64,000 bases of DNA from Cyanophyceae cyanobacterium (GTDB lineage: Bacteria > Cyanobacteriota > Cyanobacteriia > Cyanobacteriales > Laspinemataceae). The position numbers were made by a program, and so were the translations under genes. Where the stretch lies: NCBI GenBank assembly GCA_038321985.1, contig JBBQFN010000001.1:160001-224000 (forward strand). Reading direction: 5' to 3'. The notes beneath the pieces are model-generated. The model made no database searches. It was given only the letters and a program-made list of their open reading frames with translations, and was not told the origin of the DNA. Shown here in pieces: positions 30,690 to 41,355 of this stretch (position 1 is the first letter of the stretch; every line of letters starts with the position of its first letter).

Positions 30690-30713
30690 AAATGGGTGCG
30701 ATCGCACCCATTT
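30690..30713 (-). terminator. gcvP terminator, HIP1-centred palindrome
   Basis: AAATGGGTGCGATCGCACCCATTT, a perfect palindrome followed by a T-run on the minus strand. Confidence 0.65.
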
Positions 30714-30749
30714 GTCTTAAACCGTCTGCATTCCTTAATTCCCTTTTGA

Positions 30750-33689
30750 TTACTCCTGAGAATATGCCTCGATCGGCAAACAAGAACAGACTAAATTGCG
30801 ATCGCCGTAAGCACTATCAATTCGTCCCACCGAGGGCCAAAACTTGTGTTCCCGCGTCCAAGGGGCCGGAAATACCGCCTGTTCCCGACTATAAGGGCGA
30901 TCCCAGTCCGAGGAGATCGCCACTGTTGCTGGATGAGGCGCATTTTTCAAGGGATTATTCTGAGCATCCATCGTCCCTACCTCGATCGCCCGAATCTCCT
31001 CGCGAATGGCAATCATCGCCTCACAGAAGCGGTCTAACTCCTCCTTAGACTCACTTTCGGTTGGTTCCACCATAATCGTCCCGGCTACGGGCCAAGAAAC
31101 CGTCGGCGCATGGAATCCATAATCCATCAACCGTTTAGCAATATCCTCCACCTCAATTCCGGCGGATTTTTTCAGCGATCGCAAATCCAAAATACACTCA
31201 TGGGCAACTAAACCCTCTTTCCCCTTATACAACACCGGATAAAAAGAGTCTAACCGCTTGGCAATATAATTGGCATTTAAAATCGCCACCTGAGTTGCTG
31301 CCGTCAGTCCTGCCGCCCCCATCATTGCGATATACATCCAGGAAATCGGCAGAATACTCGCACTTCCCCAAGGTGCAGCCGAAACCGCCCCGATCGCCTC
31401 ATTTTCACCAATTTTTATCACTGAATGTCCCGGCAGAAACGGCACCAAATGCGGCATTACCCCAATTGGACCCATCCCCGGACCACCGCCGCCATGAGGA
31501 ATACAGAAGGTTTTGTGTAAATTCAGATGACAGACATCCGCCCCAAAATCTCCAGGACGGCATAACCCAACTTGGGCATTCATATTCGCCCCATCCATAT
31601 ACACTTGACCGCCACAATCATGGATAACTTGGCACAGATCCTTAATCCCTACCTCAAATACCCCGTGAGTCGAGGGATACGTCACCATCAACGCCGCCAA
31701 CTGCTGAGAATGCTTCTGTGCCTTCGCCTTCAGGTCCTCAACATTAATATTTCCATTCTCATCACAGGCGACTGTTACTACCTTCATTCCGCACATCACC
31801 GCACTTGCGGGATTCGTCCCATGGGCAGAAGTCGGAATCAAACAGATATTCCGATGCGACTCTCCCCGATGTTCGTGATATTGACGAATCACCAACAACC
31901 CTGCATATTCCCCCTGGGAACCGGCATTGGGTTGTAAAGAAATCCCGGCAAATCCGGTAATTTCTGCTAACCACTCCTGCAACTGCTGGAATAACATCTG
32001 ATATCCCTGGGTTTGGGCAGTCGGTGCAAACGGGTGAATCTTCCCAAATTCCGGCCAAGTTACCGGAATCATTTCTGCGGTTGCATTCAGCTTCATGGTA
32101 CAAGAACCCAAGGGAATCATCGAGGTAGTTAGAGATAAATCCTTGGATTCCAGGCGATGCAGGTAGCGCAACAGTTCCGTTTCCGAGTGATAGCGATTAA
32201 ACACTGGATGAGTGAGATAGCTGCTAGTCCGGGCAAATTGGGGGTCAAAGTTGCTGATTACCTCCCCTGCCAGTTGTTCCACCGTAAACGGCAACGGTTC
32301 CCCACTGGCGAAAATCTGCCACAAATTCTGCAAATCTTCCAGGGTCGTTGTTTCATCTAAACTAATGGACAGGGTGGTTTCATCCAGAATTCGGAGATTA
32401 ATCTGATGGTTCGCTGCTGCTGCGAGAATTTCTGACTGGGATTTGATCCCCAACTCCACTCGCAATGTATCAAAAAAGGGTTTGGAACCGAGGTTGTATC
32501 CCAGACGGCTTAACCCTTCGGCTAAAATTACCGTGAGACGATGGACCGTTTCCGCAATCCGTTTAATGCCTTGAGGACCGTGATATACCGCATACATGGA
32601 GGCAATTACGGCTAACAAAACTTGGGCGGTGCAAATATTGCTAGTCGCCTTTTCTCGACGGATATGCTGTTCCCGGGTTTGTAGGGCCAACCGCAAAGCG
32701 CGATGGCCATTCATATCCTTAGAAACTCCGACAATCCGTCCCGGAATCTGCCGTTTATACTCGTCCCGGGTGGCAAAATAGGCGGCGTGTGGTCCACCAT
32801 AACCCAAAGGTACCCCAAACCGTTGGGTACTTCCCACTGCAATATCAGCCCCAAATTCGCCAGGAGGAGTGAGTAATGCCAAACTCAAAATATCTGCCGC
32901 AACCGTGGCGACTGCCCCAGCAGCATGAGCTTTTTCCACAAATTCCCGATAGTCATAAACTGCCCCATCGGTTGCCGGATATTGTAACAACACCCCAAAC
33001 ACTGGGCGATCGAAGTTAAATTGCCCAGGATTGCCAACAATCACCTCAATACCCAGGGGTCTAGCCCGAGTTTGGACGACTTCAATGGTTTGGGGGTGAC
33101 AATCCTCACTGACAAAATAGGTATTCGCCTTCGTTTTCGATAACCCATAACTCAGGGTCATCGCTTCCGCCGCCGCCGTCGCCTCATCCAAGAGAGAAGC
33201 ATTGGCAATTTCCAATCCCGTCAAATCCACAATCATCGTCTGGAAATTCAGCAGGGCCTCCAATCGTCCTTGGGCGATTTCCGCCTGGTAGGGGGTGTAT
33301 GCCGTGTACCAACCGGGATTTTCTAGAATATTGCGCTGAATGACTGGCGGCGTGATGCAGTCATGGTATCCCATGCCAATAAAGGACCGAAAGAGTTGAT
33401 TATGGGAGGCGATTTGTTTGAGATAGGTTAAAGCTGCCGTTTCGCTGAGGGGTTGAGGGAGGTTCAGCGGGGACTTGCGGCGAATGCGACTGGGAACTGT
33501 AGACTCAATCAGGGAATCCAGACTGGAAAACCCCAGTTCCTGAAGCATTTGCTCAACTTCATCCGGGGAGGGTCCGTTGTGTCGGTTGACAAAGGCATCA
33601 GGTGCGATCGCCGGTTGAGATTCGGCAGCAGTAGGCGCAGAGTGTTTTAATAAATCTGTGTCGTTCACCGTTGTCTCGAAATTTAGCAT
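30750..33689 (-). CDS. gcvP: Glycine dehydrogenase (decarboxylating), P protein
   Basis: [34 protein letters not shown] and PLP site [18 protein letters not shown]. Confidence 0.98.
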   Translation of the reverse strand: MLNFETTVNDTDLLKHSAPTAAESQPAIAPDAFVNRHNGPSPDEVEQMLQELGFSSLDSLIESTVPSRIRRKSPLNLPQPLSETAALTYLKQIASHNQLFRSFIGMGYHDCITPPVIQRNILENPGWYTAYTPYQAEIAQGRLEALLNFQTMIVDLTGLEIANASLLDEATAAAEAMTLSYGLSKTKANTYFVSEDCHPQTIEVVQTRARPLGIEVIVGNPGQFNFDRPVFGVLLQYPATDGAVYDYREFVEKAHAAGAVATVAADILSLALLTPPGEFGADIAVGSTQRFGVPLGYGGPHAAYFATRDEYKRQIPGRIVGVSKDMNGHRALRLALQTREQHIRREKATSNICTAQVLLAVIASMYAVYHGPQGIKRIAETVHRLTVILAEGLSRLGYNLGSKPFFDTLRVELGIKSQSEILAAAANHQINLRILDETTLSISLDETTTLEDLQNLWQIFASGEPLPFTVEQLAGEVISNFDPQFARTSSYLTHPVFNRYHSETELLRYLHRLESKDLSLTTSMIPLGSCTMKLNATAEMIPVTWPEFGKIHPFAPTAQTQGYQMLFQQLQEWLAEITGFAGISLQPNAGSQGEYAGLLVIRQYHEHRGESHRNICLIPTSAHGTNPASAVMCGMKVVTVACDENGNINVEDLKAKAQKHSQQLAALMVTYPSTHGVFEVGIKDLCQVIHDCGGQVYMDGANMNAQVGLCRPGDFGADVCHLNLHKTFCIPHGGGGPGMGPIGVMPHLVPFLPGHSVIKIGENEAIGAVSAAPWGSASILPISWMYIAMMGAAGLTAATQVAILNANYIAKRLDSFYPVLYKGKEGLVAHECILDLRSLKKSAGIEVEDIAKRLMDYGFHAPTVSWPVAGTIMVEPTESESKEELDRFCEAMIAIREEIRAIEVGTMDAQNNPLKNAPHPATVAISSDWDRPYSREQAVFPAPWTREHKFWPSVGRIDSAYGDRNLVCSCLPIEAYSQE

Positions 33690-33884
33690 GAGGAAGATTT
33701 GGGGATGATGTTAACAGCAACAATAGGCGGGGGATGGATCCCCCGCCGGTTGATCGGGCGTACAGATGCTGGGTTGACGGAGAATGGTGCAAGATCTCAG
33801 ATAAATCTGAAAATTTCTTATATCGGTTCCGGAGGGGGGCTGATATCAGCAATTCAGACTGGGAGTAGGCACACCCAAAGTTAT

Positions 33885-34274
33885 TTATTCTCCTTCGACT
33901 TGGGCGCGATATTCATTCGCTGACATCGCCTCTTCGAGTTCATCCGGGTCATTAATGCGTACCTTCAGCAACCACCCTTCACCATAGGGGTCATCTCCAA
34001 TCAATTCTGGGGCATCAATCACCTCGCGGTTCCGTTCTACAATCGTGCCGGATATGGGGGCATAGAGGTCTTCTACCGCCTTAACTGACTCAATCGTACC
34101 AAAAGTGGAGCCTTTTTCCAGGGCTTCACTAATATCGGGCAGTTCCACAAACACGATGTCCCCGAGTTGATCAATAGCAAAGGCGCTGATGCCTATGGTA
34201 GCAATTTCCCCATCTAGGCGGACGTACTCATGGCTATCGAGGTATTTTAGATCTTCGGGATATTCAAGGTTCAC
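33885..34274 (-). CDS. gcvH: Glycine cleavage system H protein
   Basis: [15 protein letters not shown], lipoyl site IESVKA and DPYGEGW. Confidence 0.97.
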   Translation of the reverse strand: MNLEYPEDLKYLDSHEYVRLDGEIATIGISAFAIDQLGDIVFVELPDISEALEKGSTFGTIESVKAVEDLYAPISGTIVERNREVIDAPELIGDDPYGEGWLLKVRINDPDELEEAMSANEYRAQVEGE

Positions 34275-34514
34275 GATTATTTCCTCACACTAATGCAGGG
34301 GATTTCCCTCATCATAGAAAGGACGCCTCTGCAAGGCAATCATAATGGGCGGATTCTGCAAATATCTCCTTTTTCCAGGGGAAGTTAGCAGTTACTACCC
34401 TAGATTTTTTATTGGGCGGCAGTGAATAGCTAATATCATATAAACTTGATTTTGTCAAGGGCTACATTTAGAAGATATTGCAGATTATCAACATCATTAA
34501 CCCCATGTGAGGGC

Positions 34515-34587
34515 GTAGGGGGTGTCAGTCAGACCTAAACTGGACAAATAGAACCCATCAACTCTCAGTCTGAGTGACGAACCCTAT
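34515..34587. repeat. GTAGGG-type inverted-repeat element
   Basis: Imperfect arms GTAGGGGGTGTCAGTCAGAC ... GTCTGAGTGACGAACCCTAT. Confidence 0.5.
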
Positions 34588-34620
34588 TAAACTTATCAAG
34601 AGGCGATCGCTTCTATTAAA

Positions 34621-34683
34621 AACCACAGATTTCACAGATTTTCACAGAGATTTAATCTGTGTCACTCCGTGAAATCTGTGGTT
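34621..34683. repeat. AACCACAGAT-type miniature inverted repeat
   Basis: Perfect 15-bp arms AACCACAGATTTCAC / GTGAAATCTGTGGTT with internal CACAGA repeats. Confidence 0.7.
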
Positions 34684-34711
34684 ATCAACAACCGATTTGT
34701 TACAAATTCAA

Positions 34712-37018
34712 TTATTTCTCAATTGGCTGAAATTCTTTAGCGGGATAGGTCTTAACTGGGAACTGGAAGATGGCGAAAATTGCCTTCATAGTAAAGATAA
34801 ACATCGATACAGTTCCTAAGGCGAACACAATATCCCCGGGAATCCTTAACCAGACGGTCCAGCGCATCCAGGGGGAACCGATGACTTCGGCACTTCGTGC
34901 GTACCAGGTTCCGTATTCTACGGATTGTGCGAGTTGATAAAATCCGTTGGGAATTAATCCGAAGACTAGCATCATGACTAATCCGATATTAATGGCCCAG
35001 AATGCGAATTTAATCCAGCGATCGTCCCAGGCGGTATCAGGAACAAATTCGCGTAAGGCAAACAGCATGAGGGCGATCGCCAAGCAGCCATAGACCCCAA
35101 ATAAGGCGGCGTGAGCATGAATTGGGGTGGTATTGATTCCTTGAGAATAATACAACACAATCGGCGGATTAATTAAGAATCCAAACACGCCTGCACCGAT
35201 TAAGTTCCAAATACAAGTGGCGATGAAAAATCGCAAGGGCCAGCGATAAAACCCTTCGGCTTCTTTAGACAATTTCAAGGTTTTTAAAATTTCAAAGCCA
35301 ATTAGAGTTAGCGGTACAACTTCTAAAGCGGAAAAGACGGAACCGATCGCCGCAATAAAGGAGGGCGTTCCAGAAAAGTAAAGGTGATGCAGGGTTCCAA
35401 TCACACCACTGCCTAAATACAATAGGGTGGTTAAATAGGTGGCACGCAGGGCAGAAGACCGACGTAAAAAGCCTAATTCACTACATAAATAGGCAATTAC
35501 CACGGTAGCAAACACCTCGAAAAATCCTTCGACCCAAAGATGAATCACCCACCAGCGCCAATACTCAGCAATACTCAAGGGAGTGTGATTGGTGTACATC
35601 AATCCCACGGAGTAAAACAGGGGAATGGTGATGGCACTATACAGGAAAAAGTGACTCAATCCGGTTGGGCTTTTTTCCTTTTGTAAGGCCGGTTTAAATC
35701 CGCGATACAGTAACCACAGCCAGAATATCATCGCGACAATCAGCAAGATTTGCCAGATGCGGCCTAGTTCGATATATTCATAGCCTTGATGTCCCCAGAG
35801 GAAGCTATTTTTGACGCTAAATAGACCTTGAACAGCGGCCCAAGACCCCACAAGGGAACCGACAACAACGACGGTTAATGCGCCCAATAAAATGCTATTG
35901 CCGAGGGCTTGTCCTTTAGGTTCATAGCCACTAAATCGCGGCGCAAAATAGAGTCCGGCAGCTAACCAACAAGTGGCAATCCAGAAAATAGCCAGTTGCA
36001 AATGCCAGGTCCGGGTAGCGGCATAAGGCAGGTATTGGTTGAGGGGAATCCCATAAAATCCTTCTCCTTCTACGGCATAATGGGCGGTAAACATTCCCAT
36101 CATGATTTGCACGAGAAAGAGTGCCATTGCTACGCCAAAAAATAACGAGGTTACCTTCTGGCTGGGGGTAGGAATTCGCACGGCGGGACGGGCGGGGACG
36201 GGTAATACTTCGTCTCCCTCTTCTTTTAAATAGATGAAGAGAAAAATCCCAATTCCGGCAATTAAAACGATGACGGAAACGATTGACCATATCAGAAATT
36301 GGGCCGGGGGTTGGTTACCAATTAAATCATCATGAGGCCAGTTTGCGGTGTAGGAAAAGGGTGCATTGGGTCGATTGGCGGACGCTGCCCACGATGTCCA
36401 GGCAAAGAAGGCGGTGACATCATGAATCTGGCTATCATCTTTGAACCAACCGGAGGGGATGGAGTGAATTGCTGAACCTTTGGCTAGGAGTTCATGATAG
36501 TCTTTGAAAACCTCTTGGAGTCCTTGACTTTGAGCGTCAGTTAAGAGGAGTTCTTGGGTTTCTGGACTATACCGATTGGTTTTAAATTGTTCGCTGACTC
36601 GCGCTTGCAGACTGGCGCGTTCGGGGGCGGGTAATGCTTGTAAATCCTTTTGAGAAAAGCTGGGATTGTTGTTATATAATACGCCTGCGGTGGCTAATCC
36701 CCAGCGATGTAAGACATCGGCGGTCCAGTCGGGGGCGAGGTAGCTGCCATGTCCCCAGATGCTGCCGATATCTTGTCCTCCGCGAGAGAGGTAGATTTCC
36801 TGTCCGGATTGGATGTTAGCTTGGGTGACGAGGATTTCTTGATTGGGCGATCGCACGATGTCGGGAACGGGTGGAGCATTTTTGGAAATGACCGCCCCTG
36901 CCCACAGTAATACACTGAAGGCAATGATACAAATTAGTGCTAACCAGGCGGGTAAGGTGAGTTCTCGCTTACTGGGACTGATTGCACCTTTGGCATCTAA
37001 TAGGGCTGAATCTGCCAT
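34712..37018 (-). CDS. norB: Quinol-dependent nitric oxide reductase (qNor)
   Basis: GSIWGHGSYLAPDWTAD, RTWHLQ, WWVIHLWVEGFFE, GTLHHLY and HAHAALFGVYG, with many TM helices. Confidence 0.95.
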   Translation of the reverse strand: MADSALLDAKGAISPSKRELTLPAWLALICIIAFSVLLWAGAVISKNAPPVPDIVRSPNQEILVTQANIQSGQEIYLSRGGQDIGSIWGHGSYLAPDWTADVLHRWGLATAGVLYNNNPSFSQKDLQALPAPERASLQARVSEQFKTNRYSPETQELLLTDAQSQGLQEVFKDYHELLAKGSAIHSIPSGWFKDDSQIHDVTAFFAWTSWAASANRPNAPFSYTANWPHDDLIGNQPPAQFLIWSIVSVIVLIAGIGIFLFIYLKEEGDEVLPVPARPAVRIPTPSQKVTSLFFGVAMALFLVQIMMGMFTAHYAVEGEGFYGIPLNQYLPYAATRTWHLQLAIFWIATCWLAAGLYFAPRFSGYEPKGQALGNSILLGALTVVVVGSLVGSWAAVQGLFSVKNSFLWGHQGYEYIELGRIWQILLIVAMIFWLWLLYRGFKPALQKEKSPTGLSHFFLYSAITIPLFYSVGLMYTNHTPLSIAEYWRWWVIHLWVEGFFEVFATVVIAYLCSELGFLRRSSALRATYLTTLLYLGSGVIGTLHHLYFSGTPSFIAAIGSVFSALEVVPLTLIGFEILKTLKLSKEAEGFYRWPLRFFIATCIWNLIGAGVFGFLINPPIVLYYSQGINTTPIHAHAALFGVYGCLAIALMLFALREFVPDTAWDDRWIKFAFWAINIGLVMMLVFGLIPNGFYQLAQSVEYGTWYARSAEVIGSPWMRWTVWLRIPGDIVFALGTVSMFIFTMKAIFAIFQFPVKTYPAKEFQPIEK

Positions 37019-37427
37019 TGCAATATTTTCCCCGATTTATTGATGAATGATTTTCAACTCACTCGATAGTAGCGAATCTAACTGAATATTGACTGAATTT
37101 TGACAAATTTATAAAAGTTTATAAGTAACTAGGCGCAAATATTCCTCTGGTGGTTTTACCTAAAATCCTTTCCCAGCAAGGGCTATGCGGTTAGCCCACT
37201 TCGGTTTAATTACGCCCACCTACTTATTTTTATTAAATATTTTAGGGTTAAAAAGGGATAATTTATACCCATTTGATGTTGACAATTTGGTTAATCCTGT
37301 CAATAAATTTCAGAATTTATGGGCAGAGGGAGAAAATGAATGAAAACTGAAAGATTATATTCACAGGTGGGGAGGCGATCGCATCTGCAAAGAACAGAAA
37401 TTTTAGGACAACGGGACCTCATGGGTT

Positions 37428-37494
37428 AGAAACCGGGTTTCTTGATAAAATTTTGGGTGATTCGCAAGCAAGATGGGCGAGAAACCCGGTTTCT
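37428..37494. repeat. AGAAACCGGGTTTCT inverted-repeat element
   Basis: AGAAACCGGGTTTCT (37428) and its reverse complement (37480). Related half-site at 15204. Confidence 0.7.
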
Positions 37495-37523
37495 TGTCCT
37501 ACTTATCGAGGGGGAACCGACGC

Positions 37524-38006
37524 CTATTGAAGGGTAACTCTCGCCCCGGATTGTTCCAGTTGCAGCTTGGCGGATTCGGCTTCCGATTCGGGAATTTGAC
37601 GGAGGATAATTTGCGGGGCGGATTCAATCAATTCTTTGGCTTCTTTGAGTCCTAAGCCGGTGAGGGTTCTCACGGTTTTCAGTATGGCAATTTTAGACTC
37701 GGGGGGGGCAAATTGTAAAATTACATTGCAGAATTCAGGGGAGAGAGTGAGAGGATAATCTTCTTCAAATTCTGGGATTTTGATGTCTAAATGATGGAAG
37801 ATTAAATCAAGTTTGCGTTCGATTTGTTTAAGGCGGCGATCGCTTGGAAGGGTAGGATTGTTTCCGAGTTGTCGTTCGATTTGTTTAAGGCGGCTATTAT
37901 AATGCTCGACGGTATGGGGGAGACCTGCTGTTTTCAGGCCGAAGAGGATTCGTGTCAAAGTGAACGTCGTGATCGCAATAAAGGCTACTATGATTATAAG
38001 TTCCAT
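37524..38006 (-). CDS. Membrane-anchored protein with an L7/L12 C-terminal-like domain (not rplL)
   Basis: N-terminal TM helix. C-terminus KIAILKTVRTLTGLGLKEAKELIESAP..AESAKLQLEQSGARV. Confidence 0.8.
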   Translation of the reverse strand: MELIIIVAFIAITTFTLTRILFGLKTAGLPHTVEHYNSRLKQIERQLGNNPTLPSDRRLKQIERKLDLIFHHLDIKIPEFEEDYPLTLSPEFCNVILQFAPPESKIAILKTVRTLTGLGLKEAKELIESAPQIILRQIPESEAESAKLQLEQSGARVTLQ

Positions 38007-38079
38007 CGTTTTGGGGTTTTATGAAGAGGGTTGGGGATGGCCCATGATTCTAGTATATTTCTAGTGATTGTGGGATAAA

Positions 38080-38104
38080 CCCCCGTTGCAATAAGCAACG
38101 GGGG
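38080..38104 (-). terminator. Probable hisB terminator
   Basis: CCCCCGTTGC..GCAACGGGGG hairpin downstream of hisB. Confidence 0.5.
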
Positions 38105-38142
38105 ATAACGACAGCAAGTCGTTACTACGAACAGGGGGAAAG

Positions 38143-38805
38143 TTAGAGGACGCCTTTAGAACTGGGGATGGTGGTGCCGCGACGGGGGTCGATTTCGGTT
38201 GCCATGCGGAGACTTCGGGCGAAGGCTTTAAAGGTGGCTTCGATGATGTGATGGGAATTGATGCCGTCGAGTTGGCGGATATGTAAGGTCATTTGGGCGT
38301 GATTGACGATCGCCACGAAGAATTCTCGCACCAATTGGGTGTCATACGTTCCCACTCGTTGGGTGGGAATCTCTAAGCCATAGCTTAAGTGAGGACGACC
38401 GGAAAAGTCGAGGGCGACTTGAATTAAGGCTTCATCAAGGGGGGCGACAAAGTGACCGAAACGGATGATACCTTTGCGATCGCCCAGGGCTTTTCCTAAT
38501 GCTTGACCTAATGTAATCCCCACATCTTCATTGGTATGATGGTCATCAATTTCTATATCTCCGGTAGCTTTTACCTCTAGGTCAATCAAGCCGTGAGAAG
38601 CAATTTGATGTAACATATGGTCGAGAAACGGGACTCCTGTAGCAGCGGTACAGTGTCCTTGACCATCGAGATTAATGGTCACATGGACATCGGTTTCCCC
38701 TGTGGTGCGTCGGACGGTGGACATCCGGGGGAGTTGGCCTAAATTTTGTGCGGAGTCAGAATTTGAGGGAGTTTCGGAGGGGGTTCGGCTAATACTTGTC
38801 TGCAT
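38143..38805 (-). CDS. hisB: Imidazoleglycerol-phosphate dehydratase
   Basis: [23 protein letters not shown] and IPSSKGVL. Confidence 0.97.
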   Translation of the reverse strand: MQTSISRTPSETPSNSDSAQNLGQLPRMSTVRRTTGETDVHVTINLDGQGHCTAATGVPFLDHMLHQIASHGLIDLEVKATGDIEIDDHHTNEDVGITLGQALGKALGDRKGIIRFGHFVAPLDEALIQVALDFSGRPHLSYGLEIPTQRVGTYDTQLVREFFVAIVNHAQMTLHIRQLDGINSHHIIEATFKAFARSLRMATEIDPRRGTTIPSSKGVL

Positions 38806-39001
38806 AATTGGCTTTGATGGCGATCGCTAAAAATAGTCTTAATTCCGATCTTATCTTGTCCGTGGGGGAACCTTGAAAATTTCAGAATAGAGGGCTTGAA
38901 TAAGGGAAAAAAAAACCCCCCAAACCCCCCTTAAAAACGCCAATCGGCTTTTGGGAATTGAAGCCCGAGTTTTAATCCATAAATTCTCAATTCTTCAGGG
39001 G

Positions 39002-39778
39002 TTACATACCCATAATGCAGTAACCGGAATCAACATAAATGACTTGACCCGTGATGCCACTGGATAAATCGCTACAGAGGAAAGCTGCGGTATTCCCGAC
39101 TTCCGTTTGGGTGACGGTACGACGGAGGGGGGCCATTTTTTCGACATGATGGATCATATCGAGGATGCCACCGACGGCAGATGAGGCGAGGGTACGGATG
39201 GGACCGGCAGAAATCCCATTAACGCGAACATTTTGGGGTCCGAGTTCAGCGGCGAGGTAGCGAACATTCATTTCTAAGGCAGCTTTGGCAATCCCCATTA
39301 CGTTGTAGTTGGGAATGACTCGGACACCACCGAGGTAGGTGAGGGTAACGATGCTGCCGCCTTCAGTCATGAAGGGTTTAGCGGCAGATGCTAGGGAAAT
39401 TAGGGAGTAGGCGCTAATATCCAAGGCGCGGGAAAAGCCTTCCCGAGAAGTGTTGCTGAAGTCTCCGGAGAGTTCGTCTTTGCCGGCAAAAGCTAGACAG
39501 TGGATGAGGATGTCGATTTTATCCCAGGTTTCGCGGATAGTGTCGAAGGTGGCTTGAATTTGAGCGTCATCTTGGACGTTGCAGGGAACGAACAAACTGG
39601 GATTAAGGGGTTCGACTAATTCCTTTACTTTTTTTTCTTGGCGGCCCTTTTCATCGGGAAGATAGGTAATACCGAGATTGGCCCCAGCGTTATGGAGTTG
39701 TTGCGCGATGCCCCAAGCGATGGAACGGTTGTTAGCAATTCCGGTAACTAAGGCGTTTTTTCCTGTTAAATCTAGCAT
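39002..39778 (-). CDS. fabI: Enoyl-ACP reductase
   Basis: GIANNRSIAWGIA, YNVMGIAK and SAGPIRTLA. Confidence 0.97.
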   Translation of the reverse strand: MLDLTGKNALVTGIANNRSIAWGIAQQLHNAGANLGITYLPDEKGRQEKKVKELVEPLNPSLFVPCNVQDDAQIQATFDTIRETWDKIDILIHCLAFAGKDELSGDFSNTSREGFSRALDISAYSLISLASAAKPFMTEGGSIVTLTYLGGVRVIPNYNVMGIAKAALEMNVRYLAAELGPQNVRVNGISAGPIRTLASSAVGGILDMIHHVEKMAPLRRTVTQTEVGNTAAFLCSDLSSGITGQVIYVDSGYCIMGM

Positions 39779-40112
39779 GGAGGGTTTATTCTAGTAAAAA
39801 TTACTCAGTAGCACGGGTTTAGCCCCAGGGCGAGGCTGGCGGGATCGGAGGGCTGTTCCTAAAAGAGCAGTCGCCCCTGATGGCGGTTGGTGTGCCACGG
39901 TTACAGCCTGGGGTGAGGCCAGTCGATGGACTTTCAAGAGTCTACCGCCATTGGTCTGTTCCCTAATTTGATTGAATCACAACGGGTGACTCTGCAACCT
40001 TGCCATAGGGCGATCGCTGTCCCGAGTAGGGTGTATTTGGCGCTTGCCTTGCTCAATGAAAGTAGACGGGAGAAGATTTTTATTCAGGGATAAGCCAACT
40101 GGTCGCAATTCT

Positions 40113-40166
40113 GTATCCCCAAGCACAAAAAAACCGCGAACGGTCAGTTTAATTAATGTAAAGTAC
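40113..40166 (+). promoter_or_regulatory. Two imperfect NtcA-like sites upstream of ntcA
   Basis: GTA-N8-CAC (40113-40126) and TTA-N8-TAC (40153-40166), each one mismatch from GTA-N8-TAC. Confidence 0.3.
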
Positions 40167-40268
40167 AAAAGTCAGAGAACTCTAACACGAGCGGGTCGCT
40201 AATGACAATAAACCGTTAGCAAGTCATCAAAAAAGAAGATAGTACATGACAAATTAGAAGGAACGGAT

Positions 40269-40940
40269 ATGGTAATGACCCAAGATAGACCACTAGCCGC
40301 AGTATTCCGTCAGATGGGAAGTGGATCGTTTCCCCCAGTGGTGGAGAATTACGAGCGAGGAAAGACCATCTTTTTCCCGGGGGACCCCGCCGAACGGGTT
40401 TATTTTTTACTTAAAGGTGCCGTTAAACTATCCCGAGTGTATGAAGCGGGAGAGGAAATTACCGTGGCCCTGCTCCGAGAGAATAGCGTATTTGGGGTAC
40501 TCTCCCTGATTACCGGCCACCGTTCAGACCGCTTTTATCATGCGGTTGCCTTTACTCCGGTAGAGTTGCTTTCAGTGCCGATTGACCAGGTGGAAAAGGC
40601 GCTGAAGGAGGATGCTGAACTGTCGATGTTGATGTTGCAGGGCTTGTCTTCGCGCATTTTGCAGACAGAAATGATGATTGAAACCTTGGCACACCGGGAT
40701 ATGGGATCGCGGTTGGTGAGTTTTCTGCTGATTCTGTGCCGGGATTTTGGGGTGCCGACTTCTGAGGGGATTACGATTGATTTAAAATTGTCTCATCAGG
40801 CGATCGCGGAAGCAATTGGATCGACTCGCGTCACGGTCACCCGCCTGCTGGGGGATCTACGCTGCGAACAGATGATCTCGATTCATAAAAAGAAAATCAC
40901 GGTTCATAACCCGGTGGCTTTGAGTCAGCAATTTACCTGA
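40269..40940 (+). CDS. ntcA: Global nitrogen regulator NtcA
   Basis: [30 protein letters not shown] and [24 protein letters not shown]. Confidence 0.98.
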   Translation: MVMTQDRPLAAVFRQMGSGSFPPVVENYERGKTIFFPGDPAERVYFLLKGAVKLSRVYEAGEEITVALLRENSVFGVLSLITGHRSDRFYHAVAFTPVELLSVPIDQVEKALKEDAELSMLMLQGLSSRILQTEMMIETLAHRDMGSRLVSFLLILCRDFGVPTSEGITIDLKLSHQAIAEAIGSTRVTVTRLLGDLRCEQMISIHKKKITVHNPVALSQQFT

Positions 40941-41355
40941 TCTCAACCGCCGACTGATCACAGTTGACAGCAGAGGGCAGAGAAAATCCGGGAGTTGGGG
41001 GTCGTCGGGGTGAGAGTGAGGAGGTCTTCCGTTGAGTTTCTGCCCTTACGGGACTCTCAGGGGGTACAGTCGGCTTCGATCTGTCTGAAATAAAACTGAT
41101 AAAACTGAGTTTAATCCCACGGTTGGGGAGGAAAGAAGGGGCGATCGCACCGGAATCTGGAAATAGTGATTATGGGATCCGGTGTGAGAGGTTAAGTTCA
41201 AGGCGGTATTCAGCGAAAAAACCGTAGGCTGCTGCCATCAGGCTGGGCATCGAGATCTGCTATAGTGCAAGAGAGCGGAACTTTGCCGGACGTCCTAGCA
41301 AAGTGTTTTAGCTCCATAAGTTTTTTCTCGGCTAGATCTGGACGGAGTTGAATAA

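Noticed and set aside
34446..34458. FNR/DNR box TTGAT-N-GTCAA near norB
   Set aside because: The spacer is 3 nt rather than 4, and the site lies downstream of norB.
33690..34500. Glycine riboswitch around gcvH/gcvP
   Set aside because: No GGAGA..CCGAAG..CTCAGG aptamer pattern found on the minus strand.
37524..38006. Calling this gene rplL
   Set aside because: It has a TM N-terminus instead of the L7/L12 dimerisation domain and is not in the rplKAJL context.
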